Part shown: positions 42,933-54,547 of the stretch, one piece after another
How positions within the stretch are numbered: position 1 is the first letter of the stretch
Layout of the letters: each line of letters starts with the position of its first letter
Assembly: GCF_964355755.1 (NCBI RefSeq)
Contig: NC_092677.1
Span: 3,370,101 to 3,434,100, forward strand
DNA length: 64,000 nucleotides
Origin: Antedon mediterranea
Taxonomy: Eukaryota > Animalia > Echinodermata
Reading direction: 5' to 3'
Position numbers and translations under genes: made by a program
Notes under the pieces: model-generated
Told to the model about the DNA's origin: nothing
Databases searched by the model: none
What the model saw: the letters and a program-made list of their open reading frames with translations, nothing else

Positions 42933-43329
42933 TGTATACTCTGTAAGTCTAGGCTAGGAGGTCTAGTTTGTTTCCCTATTTAATTAAGTTAATTAAAATT
43001 AAATATTCTGAATAAATCACGCCTATATTCATTATTGAGGGTGATTTTATTTTGATGTCATTGACACATGCTAGGCCGGTAGCCTCAGTATCATATTTTA
43101 TAGGTCCGGCCGGGCCCTCCTCTATCCGGGCTTCTCCTCTCCTAACTACTACTAGCTAGCTACTAGCTAGGCCGGCCGCCTACCTACCTACCTAGTTAGT
43201 TAGTAGGAGGGTCATTTAGCTAGCTAGCTTACCTAGCCTATAAGTATATATAGAGAGGAATAGCTTTCCCTAATAATATATGACCACCTAGTAGAACCAC
43301 ATTTGTTAAATGTATTGTTATTAACTTTT

Positions 43330-43600
43330 TATTTACTTTTTAGTTAGGATTCCAAGAACAACACTCTTCAATTTTTAGCGCAACGTGACCGAACCAATGA
43401 AGCGGAACCAAGTACTTTCATCTGCTGCCCTCTAGAATGAATCCAAACGTCAAAAAACAACAACAAACTGCTGCTGAGATTGTCGAAGGAGGAAGGATTT
43501 GTTTTAAATTAGGGATAGGAAAAGCATTTCTTGATCCCTCGGATGTTTTTCAGTTGTATTTTTTATAAAATACAGTATAATACACTCTTTACTAACAGCA
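43330..43600. promoter_or_regulatory. Probable bidirectional DUS2/LPCAT promoter
   Basis: Divergent ATGs at 42037 (-) and 43614 (+); the DUS2 ATG exon has an upstream splice acceptor (42051-42052), implying a non-coding first exon near 43230-43380; CCAAT at about 43394; CTCF-like TGCTGCCCTCTAGAATGA at 43423-43440. Confidence 0.55.
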
Positions 43601-43613
43601 ATAATATTTAAAA

Positions 43614-46600
43614 ATGAGTTCTGCGTCGAGCAGGAAAGATAGGCTGAAAAGAGCCGAGTCGCTAATCCACCCGGAGATTCGCAATCCGTTTGTCCACGAA
43701 CTGAATTTAACTACAACCGATAAAATCAGAGTAAGTATGGCAGAGGTGCGGCCTAGCCAGGCTCTGGTGGTATTATGGTGATACTGTATAGTTGCATGTT
43801 TTTCACAATCAATTAAATTGACTGATTCAAATTTCCAAATTAACAGATAACTGTGACAAGAATTGAACTTCTTGATTTGATTTAAGGGCACTTTTCCTAT
43901 CCAGCATTGAAAAAAACAAACAAAACCACCGGACAGAGACAATCATTGAATACAACAGGAGATATATAATGAATAGCTACTTTTATACCCCCATCTGCAT
44001 CATCATACAGTACAGTACATCTGCAGTAGACAATATTTTGTAGCGCTTTTAGATTTTCCCTGACACAGGTCAAGCAGCGCGCAATGAACGATGATATACG
44101 CCACGTTGACAACATATGGATATTCTTGTAGGAATTGGAATAAAACCTGTATGTGATTGGTCAGTTGTTAATGATTCGTTATGTCAGTTTAATTCGGCAA
44201 AGTTAAATCAATAAATAAAGTTTCCATTTCTGGCGAAAAAACGCTCTAGATTGCATCAGTATGGTCAAATTTTATAAAAACCAGGCTTTAGAATAAGACA
44301 AATAAACATTGTATCTTCTCTCTTAATACTATAGATTGCCTTAATGTCGGTAACGGTGGCTCCTATCCGTCTGTTACTTGTTTTAGTGTTAATACTGGTG
44401 GATTGTTTACTTGCCAACATTGCTATAGCAGGACTTACGCAACAGCAACTAGAAAGTGAACCCCTTAAAGGGTGGAGAAGGTAAAGTTTATATATAGAAA
44501 ACTAAAGCCTCTAATTTTACACCCCTTACAAATATAAAATAAACAAAATTTAAACAAAAGTTCATCAATTACAGGTAGGTTTTTTTTTCTGTTAAAGAGT
44601 GAAAACTCATCAAGAGCTAGGCTAGAACCCTCAAACCGTTGGCTATGGGCTTGATGATAAAACTGCCTGGTAGTTTACCATGGCCTAGTAACCCCCTACC
44701 CCAAAAATGTAGTTTGGCTCAATTTAGTTTTTCTTGGCAATATTATAATTACAACAATGCCTTATTTAAGTTATTGACTTTTACTTTCCAGGTCTCTTTT
44801 AAATTTTGCAAAATATTTATATCGTGGTGCTTTTCTAGCCAGCGGCTATCATTGGGTAAAGGTCAAAGGTCAGAAGTTGTCAGTTCATGAAGCCCCAATA
44901 CTTGTTGTTGGGCCTCACTCGTCGTTTGTCGACGCCATTTTGTTTGGCATGTACTTCGACATAAGTGTGGTGTCCAAACACGAATTACAATCAATACCGG
45001 TCTTAAGGAGTACGTCAGATTTTAGTTTGATTCTAGCTTTGCATGCAATTTCAAAATACGAATTAAAACAACTTGCATATCTAAATGGAGCTTTCGATTT
45101 TGTGTTGACCAGCACCTATCACTGCAAGTGCCAAAATTATTCTTATACAATTAAGAATTCATATTTGAATTTGTCAAAATTCAAAGATAATACGCTTTTG
45201 ATCATTATTAGGTTTGACCAAGGCAATTTAACCACAGGATGCTGAGCTCCGGGAGCATTTATCTGTGGCTGCGACATCATCAGATCCATGCCCCTTAAAA
45301 GACACTGCACCTCGCGAAGAACATGTATAGTACAGTACAGTAGAACCTCCATTTTACGTACGGTACGGGACCGAAAGGCGTACGTAAAACAAAGGATTCG
45401 TAAAATCAAGGTTGACCTTCTTAAATTGACCCCAAATACGTAGAGATCGTAGCTATAAAGGCTACCCTGTTTGTCTACTTTATTGAACAGCATGCAGGTT
45501 GTCACTAGCTAGGCCTTGCCTAGACTATTCAGGCCAGGCTAGCAAGATGTCAGGCCTAACTAGAAAAGTACAGTACTGTACAGTATATACAGGCTGTGAG
45601 ATGTTTAAATAAAGTGTAAAATATCAATGTTCTTGTATTTTCTATCAATAAAAACAGTTGCTGCTTAAATGCACGTGCGTAGCTTGACTCAAACACACAG
45701 CAGAATTCCACACACAGCCATGATTGTGGCTTTGTGTGCTTTGTTGTTAAATTGCGCCCTCAATGTAAGAAAATGATGACGTCATCGGTTATTTTAAGCG
45801 TACGTAAAATCAAGGGAACGTAAAACACAGGTTCTACTGTACTGTTGGTATTTGTCGCAGCCAGACATAAGATCAAAGGATTGTTACGCGCTCCTATCTT
45901 GGCAAGGCGAGCTCAGCCCTGTTAGATTGCCTTGGTTCGACCTAGACCACTAAAGATTGGTTACCACTAGATGCAACGCAAGAATTTAAGCCACAATGCA
46001 AGTGAATTGATCAATCCCAAGCAACAGTTGGACCAAACCATCGCTTGTGATTGGTCATGGCTTACTTCCTACAGTGGGAACCAAGCTTTAGAATCAAAAC
46101 TGTGTCAATGAGTGAGAAAGCATGTCCCAATATCCCAGCATGCAAAATGAATTAACATTACATCATAACCAGTTCCTACTGTAGGTCATAGGTCGTCAAA
46201 AGCTCCCTATATTAATAATATCAATTGAATACAAAACTATTTTTAAGATTGTTTTCATTAACACATACAGTAGGACCTGGTCCACAAAATAAAAGCTCCA
46301 TCTATATATTTTATGTTATTTTGTCTGAGCATAGCATGCATATGAATATATAATTCATTTTTATAGAGCATTACTTTATAATTTAAAATTAATAATTATA
46401 TTATAGATACTTAGCGTAATGTCACAATGCTAGGTCTGCTGCAATGCTAATCAAATCGGTGGCGCTGTTTACAATCAATTTAACTTAACAAATCTCTGTA
46501 ACGTTTCTTTGTCACACTGTGACTTGGTTTTCTTACATTACGTAAAATAAAGGCAGAAAAATGTTAAATGTGTATAAAACTTTTCAAACCCTACACATGT

Positions 46601-47837
46601 GCTAAATTAGATTTCAATACAATATTTGAAGATACAATAAAAAAAGTTTTAACAAAGTTACCATGTTAACAATTGTCTATAGGACACTAATGAACCTATG
46701 GGATTCTGCAATTCATGGTTTTAATACTTCAAAATAACTTTGTGTCAAGTTAATTGGTTAGATTTCTTGAGGTATAAATGCCACCGTAATGATCTGGAGG
46801 TTGTAGATTCGAATCTCATTTGAGAATTACTTGCAAATTTTAGCAAAGTAATTTGTCATAATTGCATCTGGGAGATATAAAAATAAGTGTTATACCTCCC
46901 TGATTGTATTCCTTAGTAAAAATTATATGTATACTTTTCGGTTTAGAAAAGTAATTATGGTGTTGTAAATTATAATTATGCGGCATAACAGGGGTTTTGT
47001 TTATATTCTATTCACTTACACTGTACAGAGATTAAAAAACCATGTTATTGTTACAACCAGTATGAAGAAAATTCCTTTGTTAATTTCAATGTCAATGAGC
47101 TACCATCAAATATAATGAATGTGGCATTCATTATGCACTACAGATTAGTTATTTATTTAATAATACATCAGGATATGTATAAGCCCATGTATTATAACAT
47201 CAAAATATTTAATTTGTATAAGCCCATGTTTTAATATTACATAAAAATAATTTGGTATGTCTTGGTTATAATCTTTGCCATGGTCCATCCCTCCTCCTCA
47301 CTAAATCATGCAAAATCCTTCTCTTATATTGCCTGTATCTACCTCCATTCTAGAATGTTGCTGCACCCCCTCTGTTGGATCGGACGCTTTCAGTTCTTTA
47401 TCATGGGTTTTCACTATGTAACGATCAAAGGTCAAAGGGCAAGTGGTGAAGAAGCTCCTATTTGCGTTATTTCACCTCACACGTCCTTTTTTGATATTAT
47501 GATTGTTTTCGTGTTGGGACTAACGTCTTCTAGCTGCGTGTCCCGAGAAGAGAATCAGAATGCGCCCTTGCTTGGAAGTAGGTATTTTATGTTTAAATAG
47601 ATCTACTGTCTGTTTTTATTTTATCTATATTTGCTGCTACATTAATACTGTACTAAACTATTGGTGCTTGACTCTTTTAGCTCTAATGCTATACTCTACT
47701 ACTGCTTGTTCTGTTATTCTACTAAAATACTACTGTAGGCTACTACAGTAGCATTGGATTTCTAATTTGTTACCTGTTTTACCTTCTTTAACTACTGCCA
47801 GTATTGACCTTTGACATACTTCCCAATTTCCAAGTAA

Positions 47838-47875
<38 letters not shown>

Positions 47876-50800
47876 GTCTTAGTTATACCACTACCATTTA
47901 ACACTATAAAATGTTGCATACATGCCAGCGCTTCCGTTAGGCCGAGATACACCCATTCTTAACCCGGCTCCTGACTTATCATGCTCCACGTTTTTCCCTG
48001 GGTTACAAGGATAACATTAAATGGGTTGTTATTTGCAATAAATCTACTTCATGTTGGCATGTAGTGATAGTGTTGGAACATTTGTCATTTATTTATTATT
48101 ATCTAACCATCCTCATTTTCTGATCTTTTATCATTTTGTATAAATTACATCATTATAGACAGTCACTGAAACAAGGTTATAAAGTATTTTCCATTATTTT
48201 ATTTCTTTGTGTTTTCTGGATACCAATTGATAGACTAGTCCAGATAGTCATATTTCCACTCTGATAAGATGCTGTAGGCATTTCGTGTTAAAAGCGAATA
48301 AACATGTGCTTTAGGGTAATTTTGGGGTGCTGAATTCAAATCTGCTGTTTACCCGGCTAAATTTTTAGATCTTCACCCTTAAAATGTGAAAAACAAAATG
48401 GCCGCCATTTCAGACTTAAAATGGGCATTTATCTGAAAATATTTTATTTTCAAGATTAATTTGACGTCGTTAAACATACAGGGTTTAATCGACACATTAA
48501 CAAAAATAAAATACATTAGGCACATGTGTATGCAATAATATTCATTGCAGTAGTTCTATACACATTTAAGATCACCCATTTACAATCGCTTATTTTACGA
48601 TCGCTATTATTACGATTCTTATTACTAAAAGAATTATTTTATTATACCACCAATTATTGTTGTTCAAAAGAAGGTTTGCCATAAAAAGACAAATATTAAA
48701 ATTCATTTTGTAGATTAGATATCTAAACAGTAGTTATTTTATATCGGGTTTCTTTCTAATATGTCATCATCCTGTACATGCATTTAGTTTAATTATTATA
48801 TTCATACGGCGGCATTTTTTTGTTTGTTTTTTTCATTTGTCTGCCGTAGAACCATCAATCTTATATCCTCTCTACCTTGTAGTATTTTAATATTGAATTT
48901 TTTTATTGATTTTCTTGTATTTGAAATTGTTATTTGTTTAGCTATTTTGTGCGACAGCCATCCATGTGTATGTATAGTAATTATTATCATAGTTGCTTCT
49001 GCATTTTTCATGTTTTCATTCATTTTTCATTAATTATAATATTCGCTTGCAATTTATTGTTTATATTTTTTAATTGATTGTATATTTTTGCTTGGAATTA
49101 AAGCAATTAAAATAAATAAAAATATTATATTATCGTATTTTTCCAAAAATATGATCAAATAATGGTTTGTTTTTTTTCAAGATTGAATTTTTTTAGTTGA
49201 AATTGCATGAATAAAAAAAAAATACAAAATCTATCAGCTAAAAAAATTCTGATTGAAAAAGTTTTTGAATATACACTGTGCTTGGACAAAATAAGCAAGC
49301 TTCTAGACCTCAATGCTGGTGACATATAAAATTGGATAAGCGGATAGCCTAACCTAGTATTAGAAAACTTTTGCTAAATAATAAATTAAATCACGTAAAT
49401 CATACAATTAACATGAAAATTATTATTTACGATTATTATTAACTTCTCATTTTGTTTGCGTCGTTTAGCTTTAGTGCGTGTTCTACAACCTGTGTCTGTA
49501 TCACGGACTGACCCTAACTCACGTCAGAGCACGGTTCGTGAAATTATAAAGCGGAGTCAACCAGGCAGCAAATGGCCACAGATTTTGATATTCCCCGAAG
49601 GAACTTGTGCCAATAGAACCTGCCTGATATCTTTTAAGCCTGGTACGTGAACCTCTATTAAGGGGACGACTTTGGGGTCCAAAAAAGTGTCCCCTCAAAG
49701 GAGGGGTTCTACATATTATTTTGCAAGCCCATGGTTGCCCGGTATTGGGAGAGTTATTAAATGCTGTAAATGTAAACTTTGATGAAATGATGAGGGTGTG
49801 GTTTAGCTTATTTTTTACCCCTCTTTGAAACCTTGTTGAACAATCTTTGCTTTGTTTATCTTTTGCTTCCACATGATGATGACGCTATCTAGTTTAACAG
49901 TCATTCCGCAACATGTTCATATTTTTCTGAACACAAAATGACTTTTGACTCAACAGTTATGTAAAAAGGAAAAGTTTCTAAATCTTTCTGTTAAACATTA
50001 GCTCAGCCTATCCTATGTGGTTGGGGTACAGGGTTATTTTTTCTATGTTGGGTGTTGACATTTCAGTGTAATTTGGTTGTCTTATGATATAAATAATTGT
50101 AATTAGTTTATTATTTTTTCTTTGAAATAGGAGCATTTTATCCTGGTCTGCCAGTGCAACCTGTTGCTTTACGGTATAAAACCAAACCAGACACCGTCAT
50201 CTGGACATGGAAAGGACCAAATGTGTAAGTCTTATTTAAAGCTCTGTCTACACTATTAAACTAGTTTGACAAACCAAGTGTAATGTGCCCAAATATGGTA
50301 GTGATGTGTTTAAATATGGTTGTGATATGACATCATCATGTCCATATCTGGGCACATCACATTTCTTTGTCACATAAAGTTTGATAGTGTAGATAGAGCT
50401 TTACAAATTGTTTCTGTAAAAACGTTTCTACTATAAATATTATATTGCTGTGCTCATAATGTGTATGTTAATGAATTACAATAAATGGTACATTAGTGAC
50501 ATGAAATTGGAACTTGTGTTTAATACATTGTCAGTATGACACATTCTGAGAGAACAGTCGCAATGTCACCCCTCAGTACATATACAATGCAATTGTTTAG
50601 GTCAAAACTAGCTTCCCGAAATTTAAGTATTTTAATTGTAAAAAGAAATTTAAAAAAGTTTTCAGAGAGTCTGGTATTGAGATAATGGACTGCTGTACTA
50701 TAAAGTACTAACTTAGGAATGTAAAAAAGAGGGAGGCCTAACTAAGTATAAATGCAAGCAATATGCTACATATTATGATAAATATACAACTTACCCCATC

Positions 50801-53149
50801 TTTAATACACTATTCCTGGCATAAATAATACAAATTTGTAAAAGTGTTTATGACTCACTTAATATAAACAAACTATTATCTATACTATAACATGCAACAC
50901 AATATCTAGTGTGCCTTAAAGACCACACTGTTACTCCAAGAAGAGTATACTGTATTGTACATGACAAGAAAGAATTCCTATCTAATTTACATAAACAACA
51001 CCTGGTCAACACAGATGGTCAAACATATTGAGGGCAGCAAACCTAAAAAGTCTATGAAGGGCCAAAGATGCCAAAATATTTGTTAATAGTTTTTGTTTCT
51101 ATAGTGTACAGAGCTACATTTGTAATTTGAAAATAACAGATTTTTTAAATGTTTGAAAAAAATTATATTTTAAATGTTTTTTATTTTGAATATTGTTTAG
51201 CTTAACTTGTGTATGGCTGACATTTTGTAATTTTAATAATGAAGTCGAAGTGGAATTTCTACCAGTCTACAAACCGAACGAGGAAGAGAAAAAAGACGCA
51301 AAACTATTTGCTCGCAATGTGCGCGGTGTTATCGCAAAGTAAGTTCAAAGGTCATTGACTTTCTGATTATGGGAAAACTAACCATGCAATACGCTTTCAT
51401 TAATTAATTCATTAAATATTGTCTTTAGAGCGTTAGATCTCCCGGTAACGGATCATACATTTGAAGATTGTCGCCTTATGATGGAGGCAAGCAAATTTGG
51501 ACTGCCAATGGAAGCGGGAATTGTTGAATTTCAAAAGATAATTGTAAAATTAGGGTAAGTTTGGACAGGCACATAAAACAAAAAGACAGAACCCTTTTGT
51601 AAATGAGTACAGTTGTGTTCTGGTGTGTCATTTATGTCCTTCATTTTTAATTTTTTTATATTTTTAATAACATTCATGAACAAGTATTAAAGTCTAAGGG
51701 CTTTTTTTCCAAACTTAAAATTTTAAATATTTTTATTGCTAGGTTGAAATTGTCTGACATTAAAGAGCAACTTCCCAAATACGCTGCAATTGCCAATTCA
51801 AAGGGTTACATAAGCATTGAGGATTTTGCAGAATATCTCAAACTACCAGTATCGCCAGCTTTAGAGGAGGTCTTTGCAATGTATGATAGGGTATGTTAAT
51901 TTTAATAATAATTTAAAATGTCATGTGAATTACAACAGTGCAGGGTTTCTTAGTCTACTACTGAGGGCCACCACAAGAAAAATCTTTTATAATATGTAAA
52001 ATAACGATTTTTTGTTATTTTTAAAGGATGGTTCTGGCAAAATAGATTTCCGAGAATATGTAATAGGATGTTCTTTGGTATCGAAACCTGCAAAGACAGA
52101 AGAAACGATCACAATGGCATTTAAGGTGAACGCATAAAACCTTAGAATAGAGAGCATACAACTTGACATTACAAGTGTGTGTGCCTTACCGAATGTCAAT
52201 GCTAGTTACAGTAACACCCCTAAAGGGTCTTTCACACCAGTGGTCCGGCACGGTTCCCACCCGGTACTGGCAAATCAAATTGAACATCAACGTTTTGTTT
52301 TCACACGGCTACGTGCATAGCCGTCATAGCCGTGTGTAGCAAAACATTGACTAGCTGGTGCCAGACCAAAAGCGGGCCGGAACAGGTGTGAAAGAGCCAT
52401 TACTCAAAGGACATCCCTATAAAAGACACCTCTTGCAAGGGGACATTTTGTTTGGTGTCCCCATAATAGGAGTTTTTTGTGATCTATCAGTGATGAGATA
52501 CTGATTAGAAAAAACAACATACTATTATTGTCATATTATTTTTAACAGCTGTTTGGGGGCGAAAAAGGCTACATAACCAAAGTCGAGTTGGTACAGATCC
52601 TGAAAAATGCATTCACAATGAAAGATGAAGGAGCGGAGGAATTATTTAACCAAATCGATGTGAACAAAACAGGTCAAATCACCTATGGTAAGAGGATAAG
52701 GGATAACAGATAGGTCACCCAGCATAAAGAAAACATAAACCAAATCAAGAAGATTACAATTGTGCAAATAAGCTAAAATTGGGGTAGTCAGGGGAGCTAT
52801 CATAACGCACATTAAATTGTATTGTTTAACATTTATTTTAAAATAGTCCAAATATTACAAAGCAATTTACAATGATTAAAATTGGAGGTAGTAAAACTTG
52901 TCTCGCAATAAAAAACATAAACTTTGGTTCCGCATAAATTGTTTTCCATACATTCAATTAAAACAAAAATAATCTATTTGTATTACATAACTTTCATCAA
53001 TATATATTTGTCTTTTAGACCAATTTAAAGCATATGCAGATGAGAAACCAGAATATGCTTCTCTTTTTAACATTTACCAAGAATTAACCAACTCGGAAAC
53101 AACAAAGACGGATTCAAACGTCAACAATAGCAAAGATAAAACTGATTAG
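43614..53149 (+). CDS. LPCAT2: Lysophosphatidylcholine acyltransferase (LPCAT1/LPCAT2-type, EF-hand containing), 509 or 511 aa
   Basis: Exons 43614-43730, 44335-44480, [44792-45009 or 47354-47577], 49469-49642, 50131-50224, 51201-51338, 51429-51554, 51743-51890, 52027-52125, 52549-52687, 53019-53149. Motifs NPFVHEL, a TM helix, PHSSFVD/PHTSFFD, FPEGTCANR, FKPGAFYPGLPVQPV, EF-hand DRDGSGKIDFRE, C-terminal KDKTD ER-retrieval signal. LPCAT1 versus LPCAT2 orthology is not resolved. Confidence 0.93.
44792..45009 (+). CDS. LPCAT exon 3a (alternative catalytic exon, 218 nt, phase 2/1)
   Basis: CCAG acceptor, GTACGT donor, open frame ...GYHWVKVKGQKLSVHEAPILVVGPHSSFVDAIL...SVVSKHELQSIPVLR. Confidence 0.85.
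45210..45943. mobile_element. Long-TIR palindromic element hosting a nested Tigger/pogo-like MITE (45338-45839)
   Basis: Outer arms AGGTTTGACCAAGGCAATTTAAC..GCTGAGCTC..GGCTGCGACA and their reverse complement; inner TA|CAGTAGAACCTCCATTTTACG ... CGTAAAACACAGGTTCTACTG|TA. Confidence 0.75.
47354..47577 (+). CDS. LPCAT exon 3b (alternative catalytic exon, 224 nt, phase 2/1)
   Basis: CTAG acceptor, GTAGGT donor, open frame ...MGFHYVTIKGQRASGEEAPICVISPHTSFFDIMI...SCVSREENQNAPLLG. Confidence 0.85.
47837..47874. repeat. (TAC)n microsatellite
   Basis: About 12 TAC units. Confidence 0.9.
50240..50400. mobile_element. MITE family A copy 15 nt downstream of LPCAT exon 5
   Basis: Both TIRs intact. Confidence 0.85.
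52223..52399. mobile_element. Palindromic Harbinger-like MITE
   Basis: AGGGTCTTTCACACCAG ... CAGGTGTGAAAGAGCCA with TAA/TTA flanks. Confidence 0.6.
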
Positions 53150-54547
53150 TAACCATGGTAGTTGAAGCTTGCTATAGTACTAGCCCGATGTAAATGTCTA
53201 AAGTTGCTCTGGGCTAGTAGCCATCTTATTTTGTAACTTTTTCAGTCTAAATTACCGGTATTATGATGTTTTTTAAAATGCCATTGAGGCTAGTAAAATG
53301 CCATACATTTGGAATAGATATATAAGAATACCTGGTAAATCTATTTGCTATCAACAAAAATATTTACATGAGAAAACAATTCTAAATTAAATATTAAATG
53401 TAAATATGAGAATAAAAATTAGCAATATTTAGGTATTAATTTAAAGATAAACTAAATTCTACTATTTTTACAGTGTGAAAATCATGTTATCTACCAAGTA
53501 TAAAATGCAATAGCATAAGCCTGTCAGTTGTTCTTATGTAAAGTACTTATTTTCCAAGAAAATAGCAATATATTGTTTAAAGTTTAAGCAGTTTTTTAAT
53601 CATTATTATTAATAAAAATTTATCAATTTTTACCGCCACCCCCTTTCAATAATTGTGATATTTATATTTTGGATATCTAGAAAAAAATCATTTTTTAGAC
53701 TCTACTACTTTGATTTTAACTAACCCCATTTTGTCATGACACAAAATTCTCCAGTATTATAGGAAGATTCCATAATACACCAGCACATGTGTTTCACATG
53801 TATTGTGTTTCATATGTATCACTTTAGTATCATAGATCAACCTTGATACTGCCACCCCATAAAATACACACAAGATGCTGTATTACAGAATTAGACTGGG
53901 CAGAAATTATGTTTAGATACAGCGGGTATTGTTGTCATAATGAAACCATTCCAATTATCTATTTAGTAATTTGGTATAGTGAAATAAATAAATAATAGGA
54001 GGGGATGAATGTGTAAATATAAAATGAAAATAGGATTCTTAAACCCTGTCTACACTATCAAACTAGTTTGTCAAAAAAGTGTGATGTGCCCAACTATAGT
54101 AGTGATATGACATCATCATTTCCATATATGTGCAAATCACATTTGTTTGTCACATAAAGTTTGATAGTGTAGACAGAGCTTTACACAGCAAACCAAAACC
54201 TTTAAATATGATTACTTTTGGCTTTTAATATTTACCAGAAAGTAGTGCAACTACAATGTAATATTTATTAAAGCATAAACATCTTTAAAAGGTTTATAAA
54301 TTAATATATGTATATATAGTCTAGTTAAAAAGAATATTTATTATAAAATACATAAAAAAATATAGACATTGCTAGAACTAGATAGTATTTTTGTGTTATA
54401 ATTTATGTTCTCCAAATAATTAGATGTAATTAGGTTGATATATTGAGTGTTATTCTGTGACTGGTCATAAAATATAACCCAGTTTAATAAGAATGTAATG
54501 TGTTATAACAATATTAAATTAGTATACTAATTTTGAGGTGTTGATTG

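Noticed and set aside
46180-46235. Possible third copy of LPCAT exon 3 (VIGRQKLPILIIS)
   Set aside because: Similarity is short, with no HxxxxD motif and no compatible splice sites.
46775-46830. tRNA-like B box (AGATTCGAATCTC)
   Set aside because: Isolated and degenerate; at most an old SINE remnant.
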